DNA of 64,000 nt from an uncultured Nitrososphaerota archaeon (GCA_963718895.1 CAVRAG010000008.1:1120001-1184000), one strand, 5' to 3'; counted from the stretch's first letter, positions 29,997 to 40,449 are shown. Numbers and translations: made by a program. Notes: generated from the letters alone by a model not told the origin.

Positions 29997-30893
29997 TCAA
30001 TGCATTGAATGGAAGAGTTGCGACCACGATTGAAAGATCGGGTCCAGGCTGTACTGCACGATGTACGGTGATACAGCGATGAGAACCGGGACTGCTATCG
30101 CTAATGTGCCCAGGATCCAAGTTTGGTTCCTTCTGACAGCCACGCCGAGACCAGCCCTATCCACTAGCTCGGTTGTTGTCTTCCCCGTTCTCTCAGAGAG
30201 TTCCTTCACAAAGCCGTTGTAGTCTACGGAATCCGAATCAAGACACCTCAGCAGTCTTGAGATGGACAGCCTCCTCAGGGGAGAGCCGAATAGAGTTGCG
30301 TTAAGGCTCAAGTCGTCTCTTAGTGCCAGGCCCACGTTTTTAGCGCTCAAACGGCTGAAGTACGCCAATGAATCGTCGAGCCATGAGGTCGTGGGTGGTC
30401 TTTCGGCGTCAAACTCCGACAACAAGCAGGCACGCAGGGCGTACACGGGTCGAGGAGACCAGAAATTCAACTGCGTCTGAATCAGAACTAACTCTACCGC
30501 CCAGATGTATAGGAAAGCGAGCGTTAGTGGGCTGCTTGAGAAGAACGTGGCAAGGTCATCATGAATGAGCGGGGTGGCGACGCCCAGGATTAGAGCTCCA
30601 AGCATAATGAAGTACCCTGTCCGTTTGATCCCTCTCACCTTGGTAAGGAATGCAGAAGGATGGGCAGCCGACATGGTCGGTGTCTCATCGTCCCAGCGCC
30701 CCGCTAGACGTCTCCCAACCGCAAAAGGAAGGAGTAACATTGCCGATCCCGTGACAAGCAAGCTGAACGCCTTTGGAACCCCTGCAAGGATGGGGACGAC
30801 AGCCATCGTCAGAGAGAGAATTCCGATTAGTAAGCTCCACCACAACAAGAGAATGAATTCCGTGTATCTGGTCTGCCAGAACTTGTCATTCAA
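29997..30893 (-). CDS. Membrane protein
   Basis: About five TM helices. Confidence 0.6.
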   Translation of the reverse strand: MNDKFWQTRYTEFILLLWWSLLIGILSLTMAVVPILAGVPKAFSLLVTGSAMLLLPFAVGRRLAGRWDDETPTMSAAHPSAFLTKVRGIKRTGYFIMLGALILGVATPLIHDDLATFFSSSPLTLAFLYIWAVELVLIQTQLNFWSPRPVYALRACLLSEFDAERPPTTSWLDDSLAYFSRLSAKNVGLALRDDLSLNATLFGSPLRRLSISRLLRCLDSDSVDYNGFVKELSERTGKTTTELVDRAGLGVAVRRNQTWILGTLAIAVPVLIAVSPYIVQYSLDPIFQSWSQLFHSMH

Positions 30894-31009
30894 TCAACAC
30901 GTCTGCCCCAGCCCTGATACTTAGGCTTGATTGCCCTCGCAGCAGGACACTGTGGACATGCAATGGTTGGCGACTATTCATACTCGACTGGCCTTACGAT
31001 TGGTCGCCG

Positions 31010-31675
31010 CTAGGGCAGTTGGTCTTTCGCCAATCTTGAACTGGCGAACCGGTTGTCGATGAAGAGCCTTTCGATGGACTCCTTGAGCTCCTTATTGTCG
31101 AATTTCCACTCCTCTGGGGAGAAGACAAAGCTGCTTGCCGCACTGTAGAGCAAACCAAGGAAGAAAAATTGAGCTTCGTGGCTCAGCTCGCAATTGTGGC
31201 ACCACGCCTCTTCCGATTGCTTGGGAATGAACTCCAGCGGGATGGTCCTCTTGCTTGCTCTTTCCATAGTATCTTGCAGGAATTTGTGGAAGACTGGGAA
31301 TAGCGTCTTCTCAATCTCGACGCCAAAATTCTCGTCTATCCAATCGCCGAAGCCTGTGTCCAAGATGGCAGGAAGCCACCTTGAGCGTAGGATGTTCCTA
31401 TGCGCCTTGAGTTCATTGTCCCACTCCCTTTCAACAACTCCTCTTTCATGTAGAGCCTTGAGAGTCTGATAGATTATCGATCGCCCAACTCGAATCTTCT
31501 GTTCGCTCAACCTGTCGGAAACCTTGCTCGCAGTCAGTCCTTTGGGTCCTGCTTCCCAGAGGATGTTTATGACGGCGAATGTGGGCTCCTTCGAGAGCCA
31601 CAGCGCTTCGCTCTCGCTCTCCACGGGATAGCTGGAGAAATACCTGTTTTCAAATACCGAGTCCTTTGATGACAT
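31010..31675 (-). CDS. Winged-helix DNA-binding protein
   Basis: GLTASKVSDRL...RSIIYQTLKALHERGVVER wHTH; a CHNC...H motif. Confidence 0.7.
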   Translation of the reverse strand: MSSKDSVFENRYFSSYPVESESEALWLSKEPTFAVINILWEAGPKGLTASKVSDRLSEQKIRVGRSIIYQTLKALHERGVVEREWDNELKAHRNILRSRWLPAILDTGFGDWIDENFGVEIEKTLFPVFHKFLQDTMERASKRTIPLEFIPKQSEEAWCHNCELSHEAQFFFLGLLYSAASSFVFSPEEWKFDNKELKESIERLFIDNRFASSRLAKDQLP

Positions 31676-31800
31676 GATCTTACCTCATGGTGAGGGTGAC
31701 TCCCGAGGTAGATAAGCAGGAATCATGGATTCTAGAGAATCCCGTATTCTCTGGATTTCTAAACCCAGGGACATAGACGGGCGGTTGGACCTGGCATGGC

Positions 31801-32058
31801 ATGACACGAATCAAAGACTGGTCTAAGGTCGGGAATATACCCGAAGAGCCGTGCGAGTACAAACTATTTGATGGTGATAAGCTGATCCGCAATGGCAGCT
31901 CATGCAACTGCAAGAGAAGACTGAAAGAACACCGAAGAAGCATTGCCGAGGCGACCGGGTTCAAGGTTCGCCTGACTCGAAACTGCGAGGAAGCCAGAAC
32001 TCTCGAGAAGGCGGCCTGCAACACGAGCAAGCCTCGACTCAACAAGAGATGCGGATAG
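31801..32058 (+). CDS. Minimal GIY-YIG-fold protein
   Basis: CEYKL...IRNGSS.NCKRRLKEH...ARTLEK...KPRLNK matches GIY-YIG order (Y, G.S, R, H, E, N) with a degenerate GIY/YIG. Confidence 0.6.
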   Translation: MTRIKDWSKVGNIPEEPCEYKLFDGDKLIRNGSSCNCKRRLKEHRRSIAEATGFKVRLTRNCEEARTLEKAACNTSKPRLNKRCG

Positions 32059-32176
32059 ACGAACTGAGCGATTATTCGGAATGGCGTCAAGAGCGTCGCT
32101 TGACTAACGAGAAGAATTCGGAGACTCTGGTCAATCAGGTAATATAGAAGGTCGCTGTCCCGCGCCTTTGTAAAAA

Positions 32177-32899
32177 TTGGCTGAGGAAGAGAAGGACGAG
32201 CACAACAAACTGTTCGGATACATCGGGCTACTAGCCGTAGCACTTATCGTGCTCATTAGCGGACTTCTAAGCTTAAGTTGGCCTACTGCACTGATAGGCG
32301 CTCTTCTGTCAGCATTCGGAGCATTTGAAGTCAAGATTACCTACAGCAGAATCCAGTACGAGAACCAGAGCATCCAGGCAAAGCAGAGCGGACAGGGAAA
32401 CATCCAAACCAATCAGACGAACCCCAGGCATTCTCCTGTCATTCATGCAGAGAACGTGTACTATGGAATTCCGAAACCTGATTCCGAACCGCGGGAAGCC
32501 ATAGATCCGAAGACGACGAGACATGAGAGGCAAGTTCAACCTGACGATGCCGAATGGCTGGTCAATGGAGAGGTCAGATTCCAAGACTATGAGGAGTTCG
32601 AATCGAAGCTCAACAAGGGAGACCAGCTCAAGGGACACGTTGAGTCGAAGGACCCGATTTCAGTCGAAATTATGGATAGTGAGAACTTCGAGGCTTTTGA
32701 GGAAGATGATGACGAGGACAATTACGGTACACTGTGGAGTTCGCCTCGAACTACCGATTTCCAAGTCTCATACACCTCAACCGCAAAAAGAACCGTTCAC
32801 TTGGTAATCATTGATGAGCTGGAAGATGACGATGAAGAGTCTGACGAGGAGGCCAAGGCCGTGGCTAGAATCAAGGTTATCCGCAAAAGTGTTGGATAA
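32177..32899 (+). CDS. Two-TM protein with acidic C-terminal beta domain
   Basis: Two N-terminal TMs; stop overlaps the start of the next gene. Confidence 0.6.
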   Translation: MAEEEKDEHNKLFGYIGLLAVALIVLISGLLSLSWPTALIGALLSAFGAFEVKITYSRIQYENQSIQAKQSGQGNIQTNQTNPRHSPVIHAENVYYGIPKPDSEPREAIDPKTTRHERQVQPDDAEWLVNGEVRFQDYEEFESKLNKGDQLKGHVESKDPISVEIMDSENFEAFEEDDDEDNYGTLWSSPRTTDFQVSYTSTAKRTVHLVIIDELEDDDEESDEEAKAVARIKVIRKSVG

Positions 32900-34647
32900 T
32901 GGCTGCGCATGCAAAGAACAATAACAGAATCCCGAGTTCAGTGAGAGATTTCTCGGGAAAGCCTGAAGTTACGAACACCAAGGAATTCCTTGGTTTCAAG
33001 GATTGGCAGTTTGAACAAGAGACAAAAGCCAAGGATTGCATAATCGTTGCACGCCACCAGATTACTCCAACCCCCCATGGAGAAAGTAACTTGTTCACCT
33101 ACAGTGCTCTTGCGGAAACGAGTAATGACGGTCTACAGAAACTGCTTTCGAAGCCTGAATGGGATGTCGACCTGGAATTAGGACAACCCACATTCTACAC
33201 CAAAGGATTTGGAGGTTCGGTTCTATATGACTCTGGAACAACTCTTGAGAAGAATGGAATTGTGATTAGACCATTCGTGCTTCACCGCTTCTTCAACAAT
33301 TATGTTCCTACGGTGTTTCAACTCGTTCAGAATTTCATCTTGTACCATAACGCTTTCTTCGTTCGCGATAAATCCGAGTACCAAAGGATTGACGACGACG
33401 GAGAGATTCATTCCGTTGTCCGCATCATAGTTGAAGACAAGAATCAGGTTGTCTTGGTGGACGCCCACCACTTGAAGGATTACCTTGCGGCGAACAAGTG
33501 CTACCTAGTTCGCTACCACGATCACTTGCGTCACACGATGGACGAGATCGACGGCCTCACTAAGGGAGAGCCCATTCGTGGGAGTTTGGCAGGTGACACA
33601 TGGTCCTTCCAGCTCACGATCAGCGCTGATAGTTTCCTTGGCGAATGGAAGACTCTATCATGGCTTCACGGAAAAGATATCGTGTTCCCATATTCAGAAC
33701 CCGACAGGAGCCATACCTCGTTCGCGAGACAGGAGAGTGATAAAGAATTTGCCAAGTTCATCATAGCCCGTGACGAAAAAGGGAATGAAATCGAGTCAAC
33801 GTGCAACGATGACGAACTGAGCAACTACTTTGTCGATCGTGGGACACCCCATGCTCTAACCCCGGTTTACTTCAAGCGCGAAGTCCTCTCAAAATACTAT
33901 CAAGAACCGCGGCGCTTCGAAGTCACTGATTCAGAGGTCAACTGTCTCGGCATTTGGGGTATCACATTTGATATTACCGATGAAGGACTCGTCCAAGTCT
34001 GGCTTTACCACCTGGGGCAACTGCCCTACAACGAACAGGTATACTGGCGAGGATTCAACGTAGTACCCAAAGGAACGATCACCGCGCACCGATGGAGACG
34101 TGACTTCTTAGCTGAATTCGCCGACTCGAAAGATCCCGTGTTACACTTCAAGGAGGCCTTTAGCGAATTACAGACTTGGTACGCGACAGAATATGGTGCT
34201 CCTCTATTTTGCAAATTGGACGAAATGGATAAGCATGTGTTTGGTACTCTACACGTTCCTCTGACTGAAGAACAGAAGGAGTTCGACGAACAGATTCAGT
34301 CATTAGCTAAGGTTGTTGTTGATTCTCTCAACGTGCAACTCCTGTCCAGTCAGACAGGGCAAGAAATCGATGGAACGACGGTTAAGGATTCTATCGGTCT
34401 CCTTGCGGTCTTCCTGAAGAAGATTGGTCTTCCAGAGGAGGAAAGAGCTCAAGTCAGTGGCGCACTCTCCGCCATCCAAAGCATAAGATCATCCGGCGTA
34501 GCCCATCGCAAGGGAGAGAAGTTCCACGAGACATTGAAACGGTTTGGATTGGAAGGTCTATCAAACCAAGACAAGATGCAAAGACTCCTTGTGAACCTTA
34601 CCAGTGCGTTACTGTTGCTGAACCAGACAATCAAGCCGAAGTCGTGA
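32899..34647 (+). CDS. Large protein with C-terminal HEPN-like motif
   Basis: 582 aa; TPVYFKREVLSKYY and C-terminal IRSSGVAHRKG (R-x5-H variant) in a helical domain. Confidence 0.6.
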   Translation: MAAHAKNNNRIPSSVRDFSGKPEVTNTKEFLGFKDWQFEQETKAKDCIIVARHQITPTPHGESNLFTYSALAETSNDGLQKLLSKPEWDVDLELGQPTFYTKGFGGSVLYDSGTTLEKNGIVIRPFVLHRFFNNYVPTVFQLVQNFILYHNAFFVRDKSEYQRIDDDGEIHSVVRIIVEDKNQVVLVDAHHLKDYLAANKCYLVRYHDHLRHTMDEIDGLTKGEPIRGSLAGDTWSFQLTISADSFLGEWKTLSWLHGKDIVFPYSEPDRSHTSFARQESDKEFAKFIIARDEKGNEIESTCNDDELSNYFVDRGTPHALTPVYFKREVLSKYYQEPRRFEVTDSEVNCLGIWGITFDITDEGLVQVWLYHLGQLPYNEQVYWRGFNVVPKGTITAHRWRRDFLAEFADSKDPVLHFKEAFSELQTWYATEYGAPLFCKLDEMDKHVFGTLHVPLTEEQKEFDEQIQSLAKVVVDSLNVQLLSSQTGQEIDGTTVKDSIGLLAVFLKKIGLPEEERAQVSGALSAIQSIRSSGVAHRKGEKFHETLKRFGLEGLSNQDKMQRLLVNLTSALLLLNQTIKPKS

Positions 34648-34719
34648 TTTGTTCTTCTGAGTGAGATATGTTGCATAAAAGTATAATACTTATATGTAAT
34701 TTCAGCATTATGAAACACA

Positions 34720-35649
34720 TTGAAGCAGACGCTTGACAAGCTCACGTTCACAAAGTCCGAAGTATCGGCGTTCAGAGAAATCTCCAAGCGGTCGCTGTCT
34801 ATCACTGAACTCGCCGCAGATATGGGAAGATCGACGGCGTTGGCCAGCCACATCGTCAAATCACTCCAAGGCAAGGGCCTCGTGGACACCCAGAAGATGG
34901 GCATGCGGACGGTCGCCTCCATCGCCCAGAGGAGCCATGCGCAGCTTCTCTCGGACTTGCTTAGGAGCGAACCAAGCGTCCCCTGGGAAGATATCCTGTC
35001 GTACTCGACGATGGTGCTCCTTCTGGACAAGTTCGAAGGTCTGAACCTCAACGACCTCTCGAGGTCGACGAGATGGAGGGTGATGCGAAACCTTGCGGCG
35101 CACGGGATGCTCTCCGACACCTCTCTGGTCGCTTCGAACGCCGGGGTAAGACGCTTTCTCGACTCCTACGTCGAGTATGTCAGTAGGGTCTTCGCCTCGC
35201 AGGTCTTGCCTCCTGACGCCGTAATCATATGGAACCGCGGGTACAGGTACCTGCTCCGGGTCGAGACGCGCGATAGGCTCAAAGGAGATTTCACTAAGAC
35301 CGCGGTCTCGGCTTTAGCGTCGTACGGAATCCAGCTTGTCACCAAGGACGAATACTACTTCTACGCCAAAGGGGTCCGCAGCCTTACCTTCGAAGATGTC
35401 CTCATCCACACTCTGCTCATAGATCAGACGAGTCAGACCTACGCGACCTATGCATTGCTGGCCATATTCAAGAACCTAGACAGGGTGAAGTTCGATTCGC
35501 TCCTTGAAAAGGCTGAGGCCTACGGAATCAGGCAGTATGCCGAGTTGATTGAGCGATACGTCGACTCGAAGGGCGCGTCCCAGGTCAGCCCTTTACCGCG
35601 CTGGGCCGAGCTAAAGGAACAGGCCTCGGCATACGGTGTCGATCTATGA
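34720..35649 (+). CDS. wHTH protein, putative antitoxin/regulator of the nucleotidyltransferase
   Basis: SITELAADMGRSTALASHIVKSLQGKGLV HTH; 4-bp overlap with the next gene. Confidence 0.75.
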   Translation: MKQTLDKLTFTKSEVSAFREISKRSLSITELAADMGRSTALASHIVKSLQGKGLVDTQKMGMRTVASIAQRSHAQLLSDLLRSEPSVPWEDILSYSTMVLLLDKFEGLNLNDLSRSTRWRVMRNLAAHGMLSDTSLVASNAGVRRFLDSYVEYVSRVFASQVLPPDAVIIWNRGYRYLLRVETRDRLKGDFTKTAVSALASYGIQLVTKDEYYFYAKGVRSLTFEDVLIHTLLIDQTSQTYATYALLAIFKNLDRVKFDSLLEKAEAYGIRQYAELIERYVDSKGASQVSPLPRWAELKEQASAYGVDL

Positions 35650-36536
35650 CGCAGAGAAGGGAGTTCAGCCTCGGCTACATAGAGAATGAACTCACCCGCC
35701 TGGATTCAGGGCTCGCAAGCCCTCTGGACATCTACGTGGCCGGAGGTTTCGTCATGGCCCACCGCGGCCTGAAGCCTGGGACGAAGGACATCGACGTGGT
35801 CTTGGAGGACAGGCCGCGGTTCAGGAACCTCGTGAAGCTCCTTCTGCGCCACGGGTACCGCGAACTCACCGTAAACGTGCTCCCGTCAGCGTACGTGAAT
35901 CTCTTCGCGTCCGCGATACTTGAGAACAGCGACGGGTTCAGGTGGGACGTCTTCGAGAAAGTCGTGGCCGACAAGCTCGCCCTGACCGAGACCATGAAGT
36001 CGCGTGCGACGCCCTCGTACAAGAAGAAGAAGCTGAGGTTGTTCCTGCTGTCGAAGGAAGACGTCTTCCTTATGAAATCGGTGACGGACAGGGACCGCGA
36101 CCTAGAGGATATGTTCCTGCTCGCCCGGTCCGGGCTCGACTACGACGCGATATTCGAGGAATGTCTCGTCCAGTCCGAGCTGACGGACCGCGTCTGGGAG
36201 AGCGGCCTCTACGAAAGGTGCGAAGAGCTGAACGAGCGCTACGGAGTCAAGGTGCCATTCTTGAATAAGCTGAGAAGGGTGGCCGACGAGAAGACGATGA
36301 TGCGCGCGCTGACGAGCCTCATCAGGGATGGGCGAGACTCAGAGGGCGCATTGATTGCGGCCTCCAGAGGCAAGCTCCGGGCGGGCGACGTCTCATTCGG
36401 CCTGAAGGCTCTTCTGAGGAAGGGAAGAATCAAGGTGGCAGAAAGCGGAAGGATCACATTAGTGCAGGGGCACGCCAAAGCCAGCAGAAGGAAGTCCGGA
36501 AAGGCGGCGGCTCAGAAAGAACACGGAGGCAGATAG
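35646..36536 (+). CDS. Nucleotidyltransferase, DUF6036/AbiEii-like putative toxin
   Basis: YVAGG...TKDIDVV...LMK...RDRDLED pol-beta-type motifs. Confidence 0.8.
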   Translation: MTQRREFSLGYIENELTRLDSGLASPLDIYVAGGFVMAHRGLKPGTKDIDVVLEDRPRFRNLVKLLLRHGYRELTVNVLPSAYVNLFASAILENSDGFRWDVFEKVVADKLALTETMKSRATPSYKKKKLRLFLLSKEDVFLMKSVTDRDRDLEDMFLLARSGLDYDAIFEECLVQSELTDRVWESGLYERCEELNERYGVKVPFLNKLRRVADEKTMMRALTSLIRDGRDSEGALIAASRGKLRAGDVSFGLKALLRKGRIKVAESGRITLVQGHAKASRRKSGKAAAQKEHGGR

Positions 36537-36838
36537 AATAGGCATCTCAAGTCATACAGGTCTTGTAACCCATGTCATTGTTATCATGATTGTCATCTTT
36601 GAGCGCTCTGCAAGTCGAACTCCCATCATGAGACTAGACAACTTCTTTCAATTGAGGCTACTTGCATGACCGTGGATGGGTCCATCGCACGAGCAGCCCG
36701 TGCCTGTCTCGATCCAAAGAGGACATCGGCGGAGATGGCGGGATTGTTCGATGCGAGCGACCAATACAAGTGGATGAGCCTGCCAAGAAGCCCTCCAAAA
36801 GTCTCAATAGCACGAAGTCAATCCCGATTCGGAGGAAG

Positions 36839-37513
36839 ATGACCTATCTCTTAGGGGCGAGATGCAAGGACGGAGTGGTTATGATAGCAGACACGAAATC
36901 CATCGAAGAGGCCACGGGGCGAGAAAAAACAACTTATGACAAAATCACCAGGATTTCTCAATCGGTGGTCTTGGGAGCCTCGGGGTTTTCCGATTTCCGA
37001 CGTTCTCTATTGCGGCGCATGGGCATCGCACCAGAAGGACAAGAACCCAAACCGTTTCTAAACAATCTTGAGGAAACCTTCGAGCAGATGGCAAGAATTC
37101 ATGGCAATGATTTCCGTGGGAACATTGGACTACTCGTAGGGACTCGCGAAGGTGAGAAATGCCAATTATACGCTGCAGAAAACCGAGGGTTGGCTGTGCC
37201 AGTGACGACTTACCGAGCTTTGGGGAGTAGTCCGCAATGCGGCGAGCTGTTCCTTAGCAAGTTCTGGGGTGGAAGCCTCACTATGGAGCAGACCGCCGCG
37301 CTTGGTCTTCTTGTAATCGAATTCATAGAAACCTACAAACTCGATCCATACGTCGGAATCAAAGGGACGGGAGAGCCGAACATCTGGTTCATGGAAGATG
37401 GAATAAGCGGCCTAACTTACAAACTCAGCCCTGCGATGTTGCCAAAGCTGGAATCCTATGCCAAAGAGAAACTTGGGAAGATAGACCAACTAATCGCTGG
37501 TTGGGGGAACTAG
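36839..37513 (+). CDS. Proteasome-beta-like Ntn hydrolase
   Basis: MTYLLGARCKDGVVMIADTK...KI...GASG...ALGS; Thr at position 2; GGAGG upstream of the ATG at 36839. Confidence 0.75.
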   Translation: MTYLLGARCKDGVVMIADTKSIEEATGREKTTYDKITRISQSVVLGASGFSDFRRSLLRRMGIAPEGQEPKPFLNNLEETFEQMARIHGNDFRGNIGLLVGTREGEKCQLYAAENRGLAVPVTTYRALGSSPQCGELFLSKFWGGSLTMEQTAALGLLVIEFIETYKLDPYVGIKGTGEPNIWFMEDGISGLTYKLSPAMLPKLESYAKEKLGKIDQLIAGWGN

Positions 37514-37649
37514 CCACCCGTTTCAGACACCCGCCTTGGACACCATGAGAATTGGACAATGTACACAGGTGCACAGGCTGCCAAAATCATTCAAAAAAAC
37601 AACTGGTCAGATATGAAGAATAACAGATGGTTTCAAGGTCTCAACTCCT

Positions 37650-37913
37650 TTAGGATCCACACGCCCGTGTTGGGACCGTGCCAAGTGACCAAGGTTCCCC
37701 ATATGAACTTTCAATCACGATCCATATTTGTGTTGGGCAACCATAGTCGGCACCGATAATAGTCAATGGACTATTCTGGTATGGTGCGCCAACAGCGGCA
37801 TTATGCCACGTGCCCCCAGAGTTCATGCACATGAGCGATGGGTCGAAGGCAAGGACAGCTGCGTCACTAGCAAAATAACTGTTAGTGGTAGTGCTCGACT
37901 CCATCATGTCCAC
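37650..37913 (-). pseudogene. Fragment of a secreted-type protein
   Basis: Short ORF with Cys/Trp/Gly composition like its secreted neighbours; no signal peptide. Confidence 0.3.
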
Positions 37914-38056
37914 GCTGGGATTGCCGCTGGAAGCAACACCTGTCGAGGAACCGACACCTACTTGCCCGACGCTAGAGCAACCCGAATTGGAATAATCCCA
38001 ATGGTGCGACCCTCCGTGAGAGACCGGATGTTGCTGGAGTTCAGAGTAACCCGCAG

Positions 38057-38836
38057 CTAAAGGCCGTCGACAGGGACCTCAGAGGCATTCAATACCAACG
38101 TCCCCGTTGTTTCGACGGTCAAAGTGAAGTGAACGAAGGCGATCTGTCCCCACTCGTCCTGTGCAAGCACCGTGTAGAAGCCTGGCGGGAACGGATTGAA
38201 GGTTGCAGAGGAGGAGGTACCGGTCCAGTACCCGGTTCCGGCGTAGTTCCCGAAGACTAGTTCTCCAAGAGAGGTCTCGTCGCTGAGCGGGAGAAAGAGA
38301 TAGTAGCGTGGTGGTGAGTTGTTCCCTACGCATTCAACAGGAACTACGGTGCTGTAGAGAGTCAGTGCGCTGCCTGCGGAGTAGTTACTGGCATCATAAT
38401 TTCCCTTGAAGACCGCGTATTGGATGGGAAAACTATCTGAGCCTCCGCACGGGTCGCTGCCGGTCTTGCCAGGCGATATGGGCCAGCCATCAGCCACGGT
38501 CACAGTGTTCATCTTGTTCAGAAGGTTGGTAGCATTTGTGTTGATGATCAGAGCGCCGGTCGCATTCGTGGAGATTCTGAGGTCAAGGATCAACCCCAAC
38601 GAAGTGTTCTGCGTGGAGGCAAAAGGGACAGGTATGTGAACCGAGGAGGTCGTGCCTACGGCACCTGAAGCGGTAGTGATTCTGGTGACGGTCACTGTCG
38701 TTGTTACGGTGGCGGTCCTCCCTTCGTAGGATGATGCATAAATCGCGGCGCCGATGATGAGCGCGCCTACCACCATGGCTATCGCTGGTCCGGTGTACCT
38801 GCGAGGCGGCTGGCTGTTCTGAAGAGACAATCTCAA
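38057..38836 (-). CDS. Membrane-anchored Thr-rich extracellular protein
   Basis: RRY plus TM, TVTTTVT linker, C-terminal FPPGFYTVLAQDEWGQ Ig-like end. Confidence 0.75.
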   Translation of the reverse strand: MRLSLQNSQPPRRYTGPAIAMVVGALIIGAAIYASSYEGRTATVTTTVTVTRITTASGAVGTTSSVHIPVPFASTQNTSLGLILDLRISTNATGALIINTNATNLLNKMNTVTVADGWPISPGKTGSDPCGGSDSFPIQYAVFKGNYDASNYSAGSALTLYSTVVPVECVGNNSPPRYYLFLPLSDETSLGELVFGNYAGTGYWTGTSSSATFNPFPPGFYTVLAQDEWGQIAFVHFTLTVETTGTLVLNASEVPVDGL

Positions 38837-38857
38837 CGATATGAACTCATTTTGTGA

Positions 38858-38877
38858 TTAATAGTTTTGTCCGAACG
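38858..38877 (-). promoter_or_regulatory. Repeated 20-bp promoter box CGTTCGGACAAAACTATTAA
   Basis: Identical at 61738-61757; 18/19 match at 49641-49659; partial at 49711-49722 (+) and 50321-50338. Confidence 0.65.
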
Positions 38878-38918
38878 CGAATCCCCACAATGGCAAAAGG
38901 GAAGGCCGCCATTATAAG

Positions 38919-40001
38919 TCAGGTCATTGTAAAGTACATGTAATCGTTTACGGGTACAGAGGTTACTGTGTAACACGAGTTGGGGAGGGTCAAGCTGTTT
39001 GTTTCAACGGTGTAGGCGCCTTGAGAAGAAGTAGACTTACACGAAGAAGCAGTATTGGTGCCCGCAGAGTTGTAGAGGTATTGTGTGATTGTCACAGATG
39101 GACTCCCACTAGGCCCGGAACATGGATTGCCAGACCCATTGAAACAGGCGGTAGAACCATTGTTGTAGCCGAGGACGTTCCATTCGGCGGCTGTCCACCC
39201 CGCGGCCAGGTCGAGTACAGCATACGTGACCGACACACCGTGGCAGGTGCCGCCATTGCAGAAGATGGCTTCGTCATACCCACCATTGTCAGCGTAGGCC
39301 TTCACTTGATAGCTAGCAAGACTCGTTGCAGGCTCCGAAGCCAAAACCGAGCCCGTCCCACTACTTCCGAAACAATTTGTCCCAACTTTTTGCCAGTAAG
39401 GATATGCTAAGCCTGTGTAGGTAGTTGGGCATGTGGTTTGCGTTCCGCTAATGTAGCCAAGCAGCCAGTACTGAATGAAGACATAGCCGTTACCAGAGCC
39501 TGGACTTACGAAAACCAATTGTTCGAGGCAGTTCGCATTTATCCCACCCGTGTCGGAAGTGTTACAGGTGAATTTATTACTATTATCTTGTATTGTGTAA
39601 TAGTTATTTCCTGAGGCATTGTCTGCCTCGGATGTGACACCGCTCATTGAGCTTACGTACCCCTGCGACTCTCCAATATTGCCTGATGAGATTTGCGCAG
39701 AATAATCATTGCCGTCACCCACCTTAAGGATCAGTGATGGAGCGGGGCCACAGCTGCTTTCGCCTCCCACCCACTCTACAACGGGAAAAGTAGCTTCGAA
39801 ACACCCCGCAGATGGCATTGGCAGATTTGTGACCTGTTGCTGCCAGCTGGAGTATTCGGGGGTCGGGCCTGGAACAGGCGTTACTGTCGGTTGTGTAGCT
39901 GCATACGCCACATTTCCGAATGATCCCAAAAGGAGCAACCCCAAGACGATTGCCGCGCTCCACCGGAAAAGCTTCAGGCTGACAGTCGCCGCGGATTCCA
40001 T
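38919..40001 (-). CDS. Secreted Cys-rich beta-protein (paralogue of 13231..14229)
   Basis: Signal peptide, GDGNDYSA, YTIQDNSN, LEQLVF, FIQYWL, EWNVLG and YTVETNSLTL. Confidence 0.75.
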   Translation of the reverse strand: MESAATVSLKLFRWSAAIVLGLLLLGSFGNVAYAATQPTVTPVPGPTPEYSSWQQQVTNLPMPSAGCFEATFPVVEWVGGESSCGPAPSLILKVGDGNDYSAQISSGNIGESQGYVSSMSGVTSEADNASGNNYYTIQDNSNKFTCNTSDTGGINANCLEQLVFVSPGSGNGYVFIQYWLLGYISGTQTTCPTTYTGLAYPYWQKVGTNCFGSSGTGSVLASEPATSLASYQVKAYADNGGYDEAIFCNGGTCHGVSVTYAVLDLAAGWTAAEWNVLGYNNGSTACFNGSGNPCSGPSGSPSVTITQYLYNSAGTNTASSCKSTSSQGAYTVETNSLTLPNSCYTVTSVPVNDYMYFTMT

Positions 40002-40449
40002 GGGATTTTCTTGGCTCGTTGTCTATTTAGGGGCTGTGGCTTACAATGTGACACAGATGCCGGCAGGTGCATGATCGGCGCTGAGAGTCGGATACACCCA
40101 CTTGTGGAACGAATTGCAGTTATTTCTGATCCGCGCTTCCTAGTAGCTGAGAATTCCACTCCGGCAGATCGTAGTATTTGGTCATTGGAAAGGCACTTTG
40201 AATACAAGATTCCCTAAACAGTTTAATTGGACCGGAAGGGATTCTCGTCTTACTCCCTGACCTCAACGAGGACTTCTATCATCACATGGACTCAACGATA
40301 TATGTGAACACGGGCTTCGGACAGTCACGACCACCACTTACTCTTATCCGACGGGGATAATTAATTCGTCTGCTATCTCTTTCACCACAGTTACCAACAG
40401 CACACTTACATTCTCAAATCAAACAGTTGGACCCAGCATCTCCTGCTAG

